A stretch of 40,056 nucleotides of DNA, taken from the IMG/VR virus record IMGVR_UViG_3300037851_000368, positions 1-40,056 of that record, one strand, 5' to 3'. The stretch is from a virus. Taxonomy: Duplodnaviria > Caudoviricetes. Within the stretch, counting starts at the first letter, position 1; every line of letters starts with the position of its first letter. This document shows, in pieces, positions 25,667 to 35,235 of the stretch. The notes under the pieces were generated by a model. That model had not been told where the DNA came from. It saw only the letters and a program-made list of their open reading frames with translations, and ran no database searches. Position numbers and translations under genes: made by a program.

Positions 25667-27558
25667 TACGCGGTCAGGGCGTCCTTCATCGCCGAGAAGC
25701 TGGCCGGATGGCGCACCGCGAAGTCGAGGAACTGCCACGCGGTCACCTCGATCATGGCCTGCTTCTTGAGCCGGTACGGATCGGTGATCACCTCGATTGC
25801 CCCGAACTCGCCCATGATCAGCTCGCGCCAGTTGCCGAAGACGACGGCCGAGCAGATGGTCGTGCTGGTGCCCTTCGTCAGATCCGACTTGACCTGGTTG
25901 GACACCCGGGCCGGGTAGCCGAGCACCTCCCCGTCGAGGCCGCCCTTCCAGATGTACGACGCGCCGCTGGTGGTGTTCTCCAGCGTCTGACGGAGCTTGC
26001 CCCGGACCTTGGCGTTGGTCAGGAAGCCGAGGCTGCCCTGCGCGGCGTTCGCCACCGCCACGTCGGTCTCCAGCTCGACGATGTTGGCGTAGGACGGCGC
26101 GGCGCCGTTGGTGCCGCCCGCCACGTCCCCGATGCCGCTGGTGGCGAGGACGCCGGTCGGCTGGTTGGAGGTGCCCGACCCATGGATGCCCGCGAGGTCG
26201 GCGGTCAGGGCCAGCACGGTGGCCAGGTCATCCCGGATGAACGCCTCGGCGTCGTAGGAGCCGGAGAGCGCCGAGAAGAGCAACTGGCGGGAGAAACTGG
26301 TCGACGCGCCGAGGGACTTGAACGCCAGGGTGACGGCGTCCAGCGTCATGTTGCTGTCGGCGACATCCGATCCCGGGTTCTCCGCCGACCAGGCGGCGGA
26401 CGCCGCGGCGGACTGCCGCGGGAAGCTCACCGGGCCGGTGAGGCCGGACAGCACCCGGATCCCCATCTTCGGCAGGGCCATCGCGTTCCGCAGCAGCTCG
26501 ATGAACTCCCCGGCCTGCGTGAACTTGAGCTTGTCGCCGCCGGCCGTGGTGCTGGTGTCGATCCCGGCACGGGTCATGGTCGGGATCAGGAGCCCGCCCC
26601 GATACTGCACCTGCGGGGGCAGGGACTTCCGGACCTCCTCCGAGACCTCCCGCTCGAAGCCGGCGTCCACTTTGGACGACATCTCCGGGTCGGCCTGCGC
26701 GATCGCCCGGGCGAAGCTGTACCGCTTCCGCTCCCGCTCGGTCAGCTCCACCCGGGGCTTGGGGACCGAGGCGTCGATGTCCCGCTGGTGAATCCGCTCG
26801 AGCAGGGCGCGGCCGACCTGCTCCCGGCTGGCCCCGTTGCGGATGAAGTCGCCCGCGAGCTCGGCGAAGCCGTGCTGCTGGCACATGGCCATGATGTCCG
26901 CGACCTCGGCGTTGCGCTGGGTCACGGAGTCGGTCCCCGGCGCCACCGGGGCCTGGGTCTGCTCCGTCATCGTGAATCGCTCCTCCCCGCGTCCCGGGGT
27001 CTGTGCCAGGCCGTGAATGACGACGGGAGCGATGGCCTGGTCTTCCGCGCTCCGTCCCTTGCCAGCCGTGGGGTCCGCTGGCACGGCGACCAGCGAGACC
27101 TCCAGTGGTTCCCATCGCGTCGCCTTGTAGACGGGCACCCCGTCCCGCTCGGCGATCTTCTCGACTTCGTGGATGCGGTAGCCGACACTGACCTCGGTCA
27201 GGATGTCGTCGTCGTAGTCCTGCGCCGCCTCCTGGCCCCGCGCGCTCCGCGAGAACTTGGGCAGGCCGCGCAACACCCGGTCGCTGTCCGTCCGGATGCC
27301 GGTGACCTTGCCGATCACCTGCCGCGTATCGTGCTCCCGCAGCAGGGACAGACCCTTGCCGGCACGCGTCATCACCAAAGCTTCGGCCCGATGGTCGAGT
27401 ACCTCAATCCAGCGGTCCCCGAGCCAGCCGACCCGCTCGACCTCGTACTCCGAACTGATGGCGATCTCAGCCGTGCCGCCGGACGAGTCGGACGCGGCCC
27501 GCACGAGCGGCTGCGTCCGATGCATCGTCGGCAGACTGGCCCGATCCTGTGCTTCCAT
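25666..27558 (-). CDS. Prohead protease (HK97-type) fused to major capsid protein (630 aa)
   Basis: LLREHD, SVGY and EVSLVAVPADP protease motifs; HK97-fold C-terminus (G.GTSNQP.G, VLGYP, FGNW, DPY, VRHPASF). Confidence 0.92.
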   Translation of the reverse strand: MEAQDRASLPTMHRTQPLVRAASDSSGGTAEIAISSEYEVERVGWLGDRWIEVLDHRAEALVMTRAGKGLSLLREHDTRQVIGKVTGIRTDSDRVLRGLPKFSRSARGQEAAQDYDDDILTEVSVGYRIHEVEKIAERDGVPVYKATRWEPLEVSLVAVPADPTAGKGRSAEDQAIAPVVIHGLAQTPGRGEERFTMTEQTQAPVAPGTDSVTQRNAEVADIMAMCQQHGFAELAGDFIRNGASREQVGRALLERIHQRDIDASVPKPRVELTERERKRYSFARAIAQADPEMSSKVDAGFEREVSEEVRKSLPPQVQYRGGLLIPTMTRAGIDTSTTAGGDKLKFTQAGEFIELLRNAMALPKMGIRVLSGLTGPVSFPRQSAAASAAWSAENPGSDVADSNMTLDAVTLAFKSLGASTSFSRQLLFSALSGSYDAEAFIRDDLATVLALTADLAGIHGSGTSNQPTGVLATSGIGDVAGGTNGAAPSYANIVELETDVAVANAAQGSLGFLTNAKVRGKLRQTLENTTSGASYIWKGGLDGEVLGYPARVSNQVKSDLTKGTSTTICSAVVFGNWRELIMGEFGAIEVITDPYRLKKQAMIEVTAWQFLDFAVRHPASFSAMKDALTA

Positions 27559-28999
27559 CGGGGGCCTCCTTTGGGGTTTTCTTGAGTCCGTCCACGGTGA
27601 TGCCCCACTCGCGGGCGATCTGCTGTTCTTCCGCCAGCTGGCGGGCCATCGCCTCGTAGTCCCGGCCGCGCTCCCGGGCCAGGGCCGTCCGGGTATTCAA
27701 CCCGAGCGCGATCTCCAGCTCCGCCGCCTGCACGTCGTTTAGGGGGTCCACCCAGGACCAGCCCCGCCCTTCGAATCGGGCGGCCCACCAGAGCGGGATC
27801 TCCGCCGTGGGGAGGGTGACGGCGTTGGCCAGTTGCGCGTGCCGCAGCCAGTCACGGTAGATGGGGGTCAGGATATGACAGGCGAACCACTCCTGGAGGC
27901 CGCGCCACACGTCGCGTTCCGCGAGCAGACCAGCTCGAATGGATGAGTAATTCACGTCAGTGAGGTCTTGCGTCAGCGACGTGTAGGCGACCCCCAGCCC
28001 GCCGGCGATGGCCCGCAGCATCGCCTTATCGAACTCCGTGAACGTCGTGGTCGGGTGCTCCGGCGACAGCATTTCCGCCCCGATCCCCGGGGGCAGCAAC
28101 CGACTCACGCCGGGCTCCATTTCGATCTCGACGTCCTCTTGCGCCGCCCCGTCTTCGGGGGCCGCGTACGTCTCCTTGTCCTGGGTAAAGACGATCGGGT
28201 TGGTGGCCGCCATCCGGGCCGCCACCAGCGCCGCTTCCTCGAACCCGTCCAGCATGTGCAGCCGCACCAGCACCGGGGCAAACGCGGTCACCCCGCGGAT
28301 CTGCCCGGGCCGCCCGGGGAGGTAGCGGTGCAGGATGTCCGCCGCGTCCACCCGCACCCGCCGCTTCCCGCGGCTGGTCAGGTCGGACGGGTGCGACTCC
28401 AGCAAGTGGTACGCGACCGGGCGACCGTAGCCGTCCATCTCGACCCCGTACCGCACCTCGTTAGTGCCCTCTCCGGCCGCCCGGGTGAAGGTCTCGTCCA
28501 ACTGGTCGGGGTCGAGCATTTCCAGGGCGAACCCGTAGCGGTTCGGAAACCCCCGTCGGCGCCGGATCAACACCTCTCCGTCCACCAGCAGATTCCCGAT
28601 CACCTGCCGCTGGAAGTCCGCCCCGGACAGCCGGCCATCCGCCGAGAACTGCGTGGGCTCCTGGAACGCCCGCCACGCGGCCTCAATCGCGTCGTTGACG
28701 TTGCGCCGCAGATCCCCGTTGCGAAACGCAACCTCCGCCTGCAGGGTCATCCCGCCAGGCCCGGTCACGTTGTCCTGAAACAGGCGCACGGCCGCCGCGG
28801 CGTGGGGATTGTTCCGGACTAGGGATCGAGCGCGAGCGCGGAGGGTCAGGAGGTTGCCCTCAATCGCCTTGTTGGCACTGACCAGCGGCGCGACCCAGTC
28901 ATCCGTCAGGCGGGACAGGAGGGCGCCACTGTAACTGCGCCGGGACGCCGCCCGGCGCGGCCGGGGGGTGGGTTTCCAGGGCACCAGGCCCCGGATCAT
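27467..28999 (-). CDS. Portal protein, lambda family
   Basis: LRARARSLVRNN, GVE.D.YGRPVAY, RPGQIRGV, NYSSIRAGL, WVDP. Confidence 0.93.
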   Translation of the reverse strand: MIRGLVPWKPTPRPRRAASRRSYSGALLSRLTDDWVAPLVSANKAIEGNLLTLRARARSLVRNNPHAAAAVRLFQDNVTGPGGMTLQAEVAFRNGDLRRNVNDAIEAAWRAFQEPTQFSADGRLSGADFQRQVIGNLLVDGEVLIRRRRGFPNRYGFALEMLDPDQLDETFTRAAGEGTNEVRYGVEMDGYGRPVAYHLLESHPSDLTSRGKRRVRVDAADILHRYLPGRPGQIRGVTAFAPVLVRLHMLDGFEEAALVAARMAATNPIVFTQDKETYAAPEDGAAQEDVEIEMEPGVSRLLPPGIGAEMLSPEHPTTTFTEFDKAMLRAIAGGLGVAYTSLTQDLTDVNYSSIRAGLLAERDVWRGLQEWFACHILTPIYRDWLRHAQLANAVTLPTAEIPLWWAARFEGRGWSWVDPLNDVQAAELEIALGLNTRTALARERGRDYEAMARQLAEEQQIAREWGITVDGLKKTPKEAPDGSTGSGQSADDASDAAARAGRVRLVRRHG

Positions 29000-29565
29000 G
29001 CGCTCGCCTGCCGGAAACGCGCCTTGACCATCTGGCCCAGCCCGCCCGGGTTCCGCTTCCGCGCCAGTTTCGCCTCGAGGGCACCGAGTTGGCTGTGGAG
29101 GGCAGGGAGGTCCTGATAGACCACCTGCCGCTGGCCGATCATGTAGCTGGCCACCTGACCGGTGGTCAGGGCGAGAATCGCCGCCTTCAGACTGGTAATC
29201 AGGGTCTCTTCCCACGCCACCAGATCCCCGGCCGCGGCCGTCGAAACATCCGCCTGCACCACGCAGGACACGACCTCAGCGGTGACCACCTGCCCGGCGT
29301 AGGTACCGGATCCTGTCAGGACGGCGGCAACCTGATAGGTGCCAGCCGGGAGATCCGCGGTGGACGCGGCCGGGATCGTGACCCGCCAGCCGTTCCCTTC
29401 CGTGGCCCGCCAGCTGGCGTCCCACGCCAGTACGGATGGCCCCCGAACATGAACCGCCGCGGTCCATCCGTCGGTGTTGGGATAGTCCGGGTACTCCAGA
29501 TCGAACTGCCAGGTGTCCCCGGCCCGAGCCCGGATCGGCAACCCAGAGGGTACGGTCGGCGCCAT
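28996..29565 (-). CDS. Head completion/adaptor: Ig-like N-domain plus gpW-like C-domain
   Basis: AGDTW...YP..GWT N-terminus; VASY.IGQR.V.Y..L..L gpW-like C-terminus; directly before the portal. Confidence 0.75.
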   Translation of the reverse strand: MAPTVPSGLPIRARAGDTWQFDLEYPDYPNTDGWTAAVHVRGPSVLAWDASWRATEGNGWRVTIPAASTADLPAGTYQVAAVLTGSGTYAGQVVTAEVVSCVVQADVSTAAAGDLVAWEETLITSLKAAILALTTGQVASYMIGQRQVVYQDLPALHSQLGALEAKLARKRNPGGLGQMVKARFRQASA

Positions 29566-29571
29566 GGTGAC

Positions 29572-29601
29572 ATAGTACGGCACCGCCGGGCAAGGGGTGA
29601 A
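29572..29601 (-). promoter_or_regulatory. Candidate internal promoter, possibly leaderless
   Basis: TTCACC-18 bp-TACTAT, with the -10 box 6 nt before ATG 29565 and no SD. Confidence 0.4.
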
Positions 29602-29625
29602 CGCTCCTGTAGCCGTATCGTGCTA

Positions 29626-29898
29626 CTAGGCCGCCAACTGTCGGGTGGATTGCGTGAGCAGGTAGGTGCGGAGGGCGCCGTCGTTGGGGCCGCGTTCCAG
29701 GTAGCCCGCCTGAACCAGCCGCCGGATACAGGCCGCAGTATGCGTCCAGTGCATGGCGCTCGCGCGAGCCACCGCCCGGACTTTGAACACCCGGGGCTGG
29801 TAGAAGCTCAGGGCCTCCAGCGCGAAGGCGTACACGATCAGATCGCGCCGCTTCAGGGCTGGGTCCCGGTAGGCTTGAATCAGTGCTGCCGGGATCAT
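29626..29898 (-). CDS. Winged-HTH (MarR-like) protein
   Basis: AVARASAMHWTHTAACIRRLVQAGYLER. Confidence 0.65.
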   Translation of the reverse strand: MIPAALIQAYRDPALKRRDLIVYAFALEALSFYQPRVFKVRAVARASAMHWTHTAACIRRLVQAGYLERGPNDGALRTYLLTQSTRQLAA

Positions 29899-31832
29899 CG
29901 CCGCCACCCGCCGAGCCAGCCTCCGCTCGGCTTGCGCGGCCCCCGGGGACGCATCCGGGGTGCGGGCTCGGTAACTGGCTCGGCCGCGGGCGGCATGGGG
30001 GCCGCTTCCGAGTCCGGCAGAAGTGCCGCAGGTGTTCCCCGTGAAACCGGCGGCGGCCCGGCGGGGGCGTCAAGCCGGGACCGTAGACCGGCGATCGCCA
30101 GCGCCGCCAAGGCGTACACCTCGAGGTCGAGGGCTTCGTTCCGCCGGCCGGGGATGACCTCCCACCGCCGCGTCCACCGCCCTGCCACCAGTTTCCGCAC
30201 CGGCCGCTCCGCCGTCACCTGCAGGTAGTACGCCGGATCCATCCCACGGTACGTGTGCATGTAGCCGGGGCCGGGCAGGCGGATCTTGAGCCGGGCCGCC
30301 ACCTGGTCCTTGCCCGCGTCCACCCCGAGACTGTACAGGGGAAGCGGGGGCTTGCCCGCTCGGCTCGCCTTCCGGGGTGCCAAGGGCTTCCCGGTGATAC
30401 TGGCCCCCTTGATCGCATAGACCCGGGCGCCCCACCGGGGCCGGCAGTAGTCGTACACGGCTTGGGTGTGGTGCCCGGAGTCCACCGCCATCGCTGCCAC
30501 GCCGATCGGCCCGGTCGGGGTGGTGTACTGTTTCCGCCAGACGCCATCCAACACCGCCCAAGGGCTCCCTGTGGCGTTGGCCCGGAGCGTGGGGTCCCCG
30601 GCAATCGTGCCGTAGGCAATCCGCCAACTTTCCTCCCCCCGCCCCCACCCGACAACCAGGTACTCCAGGCGGTCGTCCTGCACGTCACAGGCGGCGGTCA
30701 GGCAGACCACCCCGGCCGGCACTTCCGCTCCGTACACTTCCTCGCGCCCCGCCATGGCCTCGGGGGTCAACGTGCCGCCCGTGTCCTCCCACGGCTCCCC
30801 TAGCGTCAGGTTGACGAAGGTTTGCATCCGCGTGGCGTCCCCGGCGATCGCCTCCCACTTCTCCACCAGGTCCGCCCATCGTGCCCACGGCGAATAAAGA
30901 GCGTTGACGTGGAACCCGACCACCCGCGCCCCGGGCCGTGTCGCCACCCACTGCCCGGACGCGAGCATCCGCCCTTTTTGATCTTCGGGGATCAACACGC
31001 CGCAGCCTGCACAGGCATAGGCGGCCGACTCCGGCACCCCGGCCTCCCACTTGAGCTGCCCCCAAACGAGCGCCTGCCGGTGTCCGCAGTCAGGGCAGGC
31101 GACCAGATAGCGCCGCTGGTCGGATAGATCCCAGTCGAGCTCAATCCGCGACGCGCCCTTAATCGTGGGGGTGGACGCCAGGACAATCTTGCGATTCGGG
31201 AAGTTGGCGGTGCGGGCAATCGCTAGGGCTACCGGGTCCCCCTCCCGACCCGCTGAGGGCGGATAGCGGTCCACTTCGTCCAGGTACAGGTCCCGAATCG
31301 GCCGGCTGGCGAGCCCACTGGCGCTGTTCGCTCCAACGATCGTCAAGTGACCCGCGGTGAACTCCTTGTGCAAGATCGTGTCCCCGCTGTGGCGCCGGTT
31401 CGACTCCACCACCCGGCCAGCCAGTGCCGGCGACTCCCGCAGCATCGGCTTCAGTCGATCGGTGGACCAGCTGCGGGCCATGTCGAGGTTGGGCTGCACG
31501 ACGAGGATGGGGCCGGGGTCCTGGTGGATCGCGTACCCGACGGCATTGGTCAGTATTTCTGTCGCCCCGACCTGCGCTGATTTCAGGAACACCACCCGCT
31601 CAATCGTCGGGTCCGTGATCGCGTCCATGATCGCCCGCTGGTAGGGCGCCCGATCGGTCATCCAGCGGCCCGGCTCACTGCTGCTTTTCCGGGACAGCAC
31701 CCGGTACTGGTCCGCCCATTCGGACAGGGTGAGGCGGGGCCTCGGCAACAGCGCGGCCCGGTGGACCGGCGCGAACCACTCACGCACCAGGGACGGGGCG
31801 TCCATCAGGGTCACCACCGCCGGGGCCGTCAC
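29895..31832 (-). CDS. terL: Terminase large subunit, lambda GpA family
   Basis: TLSEWAD, KSAQVGATE, LDEVD, STPT, CPDCG, DVQDDR, DSG, RNEALD. Confidence 0.95.
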   Translation of the reverse strand: MTAPAVVTLMDAPSLVREWFAPVHRAALLPRPRLTLSEWADQYRVLSRKSSSEPGRWMTDRAPYQRAIMDAITDPTIERVVFLKSAQVGATEILTNAVGYAIHQDPGPILVVQPNLDMARSWSTDRLKPMLRESPALAGRVVESNRRHSGDTILHKEFTAGHLTIVGANSASGLASRPIRDLYLDEVDRYPPSAGREGDPVALAIARTANFPNRKIVLASTPTIKGASRIELDWDLSDQRRYLVACPDCGHRQALVWGQLKWEAGVPESAAYACAGCGVLIPEDQKGRMLASGQWVATRPGARVVGFHVNALYSPWARWADLVEKWEAIAGDATRMQTFVNLTLGEPWEDTGGTLTPEAMAGREEVYGAEVPAGVVCLTAACDVQDDRLEYLVVGWGRGEESWRIAYGTIAGDPTLRANATGSPWAVLDGVWRKQYTTPTGPIGVAAMAVDSGHHTQAVYDYCRPRWGARVYAIKGASITGKPLAPRKASRAGKPPLPLYSLGVDAGKDQVAARLKIRLPGPGYMHTYRGMDPAYYLQVTAERPVRKLVAGRWTRRWEVIPGRRNEALDLEVYALAALAIAGLRSRLDAPAGPPPVSRGTPAALLPDSEAAPMPPAAEPVTEPAPRMRPRGPRKPSGGWLGGWRR

Positions 31833-32311
31833 GCGGTGCCCTCGTAGTCCCGCAGCTCCCCTACCAGCTCTTCCACGTACCGCTCGAGGACGATCTGCGC
31901 CTCCGTCGCTTTCTTCATCCCCACCAGGGCGGGGGCGGCCTTGGGCGGCAACGCCCGGCCCCGGGACACGAAACGTTCGACGGTCGCCCGCCACGCCCGC
32001 TGCACGTCTTCCTTCCGGGCCAGGAGGTTCCGCGCCTCCTCCAGTTCCAGCTCCGCTAGTTGCGCTTTGGCTATCGCCATCCGCTCTTCCGCGTCGTTCC
32101 GGTCCTTCGGACGGGCCGCGTCCCGGGCCGCCTGCTTGATCTCCGCCTCCCGCCAGCGCGGGAAGGCCGGCCACTCAAACCACGTCTTACCCTTGATGAG
32201 CCGGACGGGCGCCCCGGGCCGGCGACCCCACTGGCCGACCGCCTGGTGGGTGATTCCGAGGGCTTCCGCAGCCTGATCGGTGGTTTTCAGGTCAGGTTGG
32301 TGGCGGGGCAA
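31829..32311 (-). CDS. terS: Terminase small subunit (Nu1-like)
   Basis: N-terminal HTH (AAEALGITHQAVGQW...G.P), AKAQLAELEL coiled coil; coupled to terL. Confidence 0.85.
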   Translation of the reverse strand: MPRHQPDLKTTDQAAEALGITHQAVGQWGRRPGAPVRLIKGKTWFEWPAFPRWREAEIKQAARDAARPKDRNDAEERMAIAKAQLAELELEEARNLLARKEDVQRAWRATVERFVSRGRALPPKAAPALVGMKKATEAQIVLERYVEELVGELRDYEGTA

Positions 32312-32350
32312 TGCAATTCCTGTATTCCGGTACGGTTATATAGGAAACTG

Positions 32351-32395
32351 GCGGGGTCCGCGGTCACCCGCTCCGTTCCCCCCCCGGAAGGACCC
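32351..32395 (-). promoter_or_regulatory. Predicted cos site (cosQ-like GGGTCCT plus symmetric cosN candidate)
   Basis: GGGTCCT, identical to lambda cosQ, then 17 nt, then dyad GCGGGTGACCGCGGACCCCGC, just upstream of terS. Confidence 0.65.
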
Positions 32396-32406
32396 ACGCT
32401 CATCGC

Positions 32407-33150
32407 TCATCGCGCAGTGCGCAGGGCAACATCGAGGGCGCCGAGGTAGTTGGGTTGCCAGCGCTCGGCGAACAGGCGATCCATCGTTGCGGTGAAGGCG
32501 AGTATCGGCGGACGGCGGACGATGCTGCGATAGTTCCACAGCTTGCGAATGCGGGTGGGAGACTGGCGCTCGTACACGCCCCAGGCACGGTCTCCACTCT
32601 GTCCCAGAACGAAGTAGCGCCCCACTTGCTGGCCCCTCACGGCGCCGGTCTTCTTGCTGGTGCGGGTGCTGACCCGGGCCTTCCGGCCGAGGAAGGCGAA
32701 GTCCCCGGTACGGAGGAAGACGCCAAGCAGGTTTCGGGGGTAGAGCTTGGCGTCGATCAGGTTGCCGCGAGTGGGTCGCAGGTAGGTGGTCGGGATGGCC
32801 ACAGGGCCGTACTGGTTGAACGTCTTGGCCTTGCCTTCTTCGAAGGGCTCGAGGATGGCCCGGCGCCGCTCCCCCAGCTTCTTTGCGCCCCCGTCCCCGA
32901 GTTGGACCCGGGCCTGCAGGTGGTCCTTCGTGGCCCTCCACTCCTTGGGGAGGAGTTGGGGGGGGAGGATGAACTGGGGGGCTCGGACCTGAAAGGCTGC
33001 GCGAACTTGGTGCCGTGCTCCGGCCAGCAGGTCTTCGGCGGTTCGGTTCAGGGCGATCATCTGCGCGTAGGGCAGTTGGCCCCGGACAGCGGCATAGGCC
33101 GCGAGCACCTTGTCTGTGCCCTGGATAGTAATCGTGAGGTCGGCAGGCAT
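32407..33150 (-). CDS. Tail completion protein (gpZ-like), displaced upstream of cos
   Basis: QLPYA...ALN.TA N-terminus and ...LDVALRTAR C-terminus. Confidence 0.65.
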   Translation of the reverse strand: MPADLTITIQGTDKVLAAYAAVRGQLPYAQMIALNRTAEDLLAGARHQVRAAFQVRAPQFILPPQLLPKEWRATKDHLQARVQLGDGGAKKLGERRRAILEPFEEGKAKTFNQYGPVAIPTTYLRPTRGNLIDAKLYPRNLLGVFLRTGDFAFLGRKARVSTRTSKKTGAVRGQQVGRYFVLGQSGDRAWGVYERQSPTRIRKLWNYRSIVRRPPILAFTATMDRLFAERWQPNYLGALDVALRTAR

Positions 33151-33608
33151 CAGGCGGCGGTCCTTTCGGTGAGAGCGACGAGGTCCTGGTGTACCCGGTC
33201 CAACACCTCCCACCAGTCCCCCCCCGGCTTTTTCTGACGGTAGAGCCGCACCGTCGGATACCAGGGGGAGTCGGTCCGGTCCTCGAGCCAGCGCCAGTCG
33301 GCCGGGTAGGCGAGGAGCACCCAGGTGGGCAGGCGGGCGGATCCGGCCACGTGGGCCAGGGCGGTGTCCACGGTGACGATCAGGTCGCACGTGCGGGCGA
33401 TGCGGACGGTTTCTGACCAGTCGGGCAGGTCCGGGGTTGCGATGTGTGGCGGGGCGCCCGCCAGCTCTTCCCGAAGAGCGCCGGTCAGCAGCGCGACCCA
33501 TTCGGTGCCGGGCAGGCGGAGCAGGGGCCACCACTGCGCCAGCGGGATCGACCGGGCGAAGTCCCGGTGGTAGGACGGCGAGCCGGCCCAGCAGAAGCCG
33601 ATCTTCAC
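33150..33608 (-). CDS. GT9-like (heptosyltransferase-like) C-terminal domain; second half of a split TPR-glycosyltransferase
   Basis: KIGFCWAGS..Y..D..RSIPL, DLIVTVDTALAHVAG, DWRW..R.DSPWYPTVRLYRQ...GDW. Confidence 0.88.
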   Translation of the reverse strand: MKIGFCWAGSPSYHRDFARSIPLAQWWPLLRLPGTEWVALLTGALREELAGAPPHIATPDLPDWSETVRIARTCDLIVTVDTALAHVAGSARLPTWVLLAYPADWRWLEDRTDSPWYPTVRLYRQKKPGGDWWEVLDRVHQDLVALTERTAA

Positions 33609-34498
33609 GCGGCCAACTCCAGCGGCGGCGGGATCGTCTCGACCTGGGTGTCGTGAATGTGCGGCAGGCTCATCAGGCTCACGTGCCAGGTGTAGGCGGG
33701 GAGTGGGTCGTCCTGGCCGAGCAGCTGGTCGTACAGGCCCGTCAGGGGGCGGACCAGCGGCAGGATCGCGTCCTGGACCTGCAGGAGGATCCGGGCGGGG
33801 GTCCGGGACCGCAGCCACGGCAGGTAGCGGAGGGCCATGACCGAATCGCCCTGACCCTGCTCATAGTGCACCAAGAGGGGGTCGCCGGGCGGCAGGGGCT
33901 CACCGTACCAGAATTGGCTGTCCGGCGGGAACACCCGGTCCCGGCCGGCGACCCACTCAGGGCTGAGCCACCGGGCCTCGTAATCCAACCAACCCCGGCG
34001 GTAGTCCCCTCGCCTGAGGTGGATAAACGATCGTGCCCACCGGATCCCGGCATTGGCATACCCGTGGTGACGGGCGGCCTTGCCGTAGATGGTGAGGGCT
34101 AGATCATCGTCGCCCATACCCTCCGCCCAATTCCCCAAGTTGATCCACGCGTCCGGGTTGCTGGGCTCCGCGCGGGCCGCACCCTCGAGGAAGGGGTAGC
34201 CCTCCTCGTAGCGGCCCTGCTTCATGAGGATCGCCCCGGTGGCGTTCATGGCCTCGGACCACGGACAACGGGCCGCCGTGAGCGCCCGCTGGAAGAAGTC
34301 CAGTGCCTGGTCATAGTGCCCCCGGAGGCCGCACAGCCACCCCGCCCGGAAGTTGGCGTACGGGTCGGCAGGATGACGGCGGAGGATGGCGTCGAGCCGG
34401 GCCGCCGCGCCCTCGTAGTCCTGGGCCTTGACCCGTGCCTCCACCTGCAGGAGCTGGCGGTGGATCGCGGGGTTGACCGGAGGCCGGGACCGGGTCAT
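33605..34498 (-). CDS. TPR repeats + glycosyltransferase N-terminal domain; first half of the split enzyme
   Basis: About 5 TPR-like units, then GDY..GW.DYEARW, W.GE.L, EQGQGD, MSLP. Confidence 0.88.
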   Translation of the reverse strand: MTRSRPPVNPAIHRQLLQVEARVKAQDYEGAAARLDAILRRHPADPYANFRAGWLCGLRGHYDQALDFFQRALTAARCPWSEAMNATGAILMKQGRYEEGYPFLEGAARAEPSNPDAWINLGNWAEGMGDDDLALTIYGKAARHHGYANAGIRWARSFIHLRRGDYRRGWLDYEARWLSPEWVAGRDRVFPPDSQFWYGEPLPPGDPLLVHYEQGQGDSVMALRYLPWLRSRTPARILLQVQDAILPLVRPLTGLYDQLLGQDDPLPAYTWHVSLMSLPHIHDTQVETIPPPLELAA

Positions 34499-35235
34499 GT
34501 CGGGGTACACCAGATGTTGACGGACACCACGTTGCGCAGGTGCGGCGCACAGAACGGGTTGCCCGCGTGATTGGCTGGGTCGAAGAGCGGGGGCCGGTGC
34601 CAATCCACGATGTAGTGTCGAGCTGCGAACCAGTTAAGGAGTCCCGGCACCTGCTCTTCCCGGTCGGCCTCGACGTAGCAATGCGGCCGGCACCGCTCGA
34701 TCGTGTCTGCCGCCCCGGCCAGGGCGTCCAACTCCGCCCCTTCGACGTCCATCTTGATCAGGTCGACCCGGTCCAGATGCAGGCCGTCGATCGTGATCAG
34801 CGGCACCGGGTACCCGTCGCCGCCCATGCTGAGGCCGCCGAAGTTGTTGGGGCGGTCATAGGCGACCCGCGGGAGGCGGATGGTCCCGTCCACGGCGCCT
34901 ACGGCGCAGCGGTGCACGGTAACGTTGGTGAGGCCGGCCCGGGCGACGTTCTCGGCCAGGACGTCCGCCAGCGGGGGCTGTGGCTCGAAGGCATGCACGT
35001 GGGCGGCCACCGTCGCGAGCGGGATCGTCAGGGCGCCGATGTTCGCCCCGACGTCGAGGACGACCGCCCCGGGGCCGTAGCGCGTGACCGCCTCCTCGAG
35101 GAACGCCCGCTCCTCCGGGGAGAACTCCCCATAGGCGAGCAGGGAGAATCCGACGTACCGGTCCAGGGTCGGCGCCAGCAGCCGCCCCCAGGGCGTGTCG
35201 ACTTCGCGCAGGGGCATCACTCCCGTCGTCGTCAT
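34495..35235 (-). CDS. FkbM-family SAM-dependent methyltransferase
   Basis: D.YVG.SL..YGEFS, VLDVGANIG, HAFEPQ, NFGG, DLIKMDVEG.E. Confidence 0.9.
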   Translation of the reverse strand: MTTTGVMPLREVDTPWGRLLAPTLDRYVGFSLLAYGEFSPEERAFLEEAVTRYGPGAVVLDVGANIGALTIPLATVAAHVHAFEPQPPLADVLAENVARAGLTNVTVHRCAVGAVDGTIRLPRVAYDRPNNFGGLSMGGDGYPVPLITIDGLHLDRVDLIKMDVEGAELDALAGAADTIERCRPHCYVEADREEQVPGLLNWFAARHYIVDWHRPPLFDPANHAGNPFCAPHLRNVVSVNIWCTPT

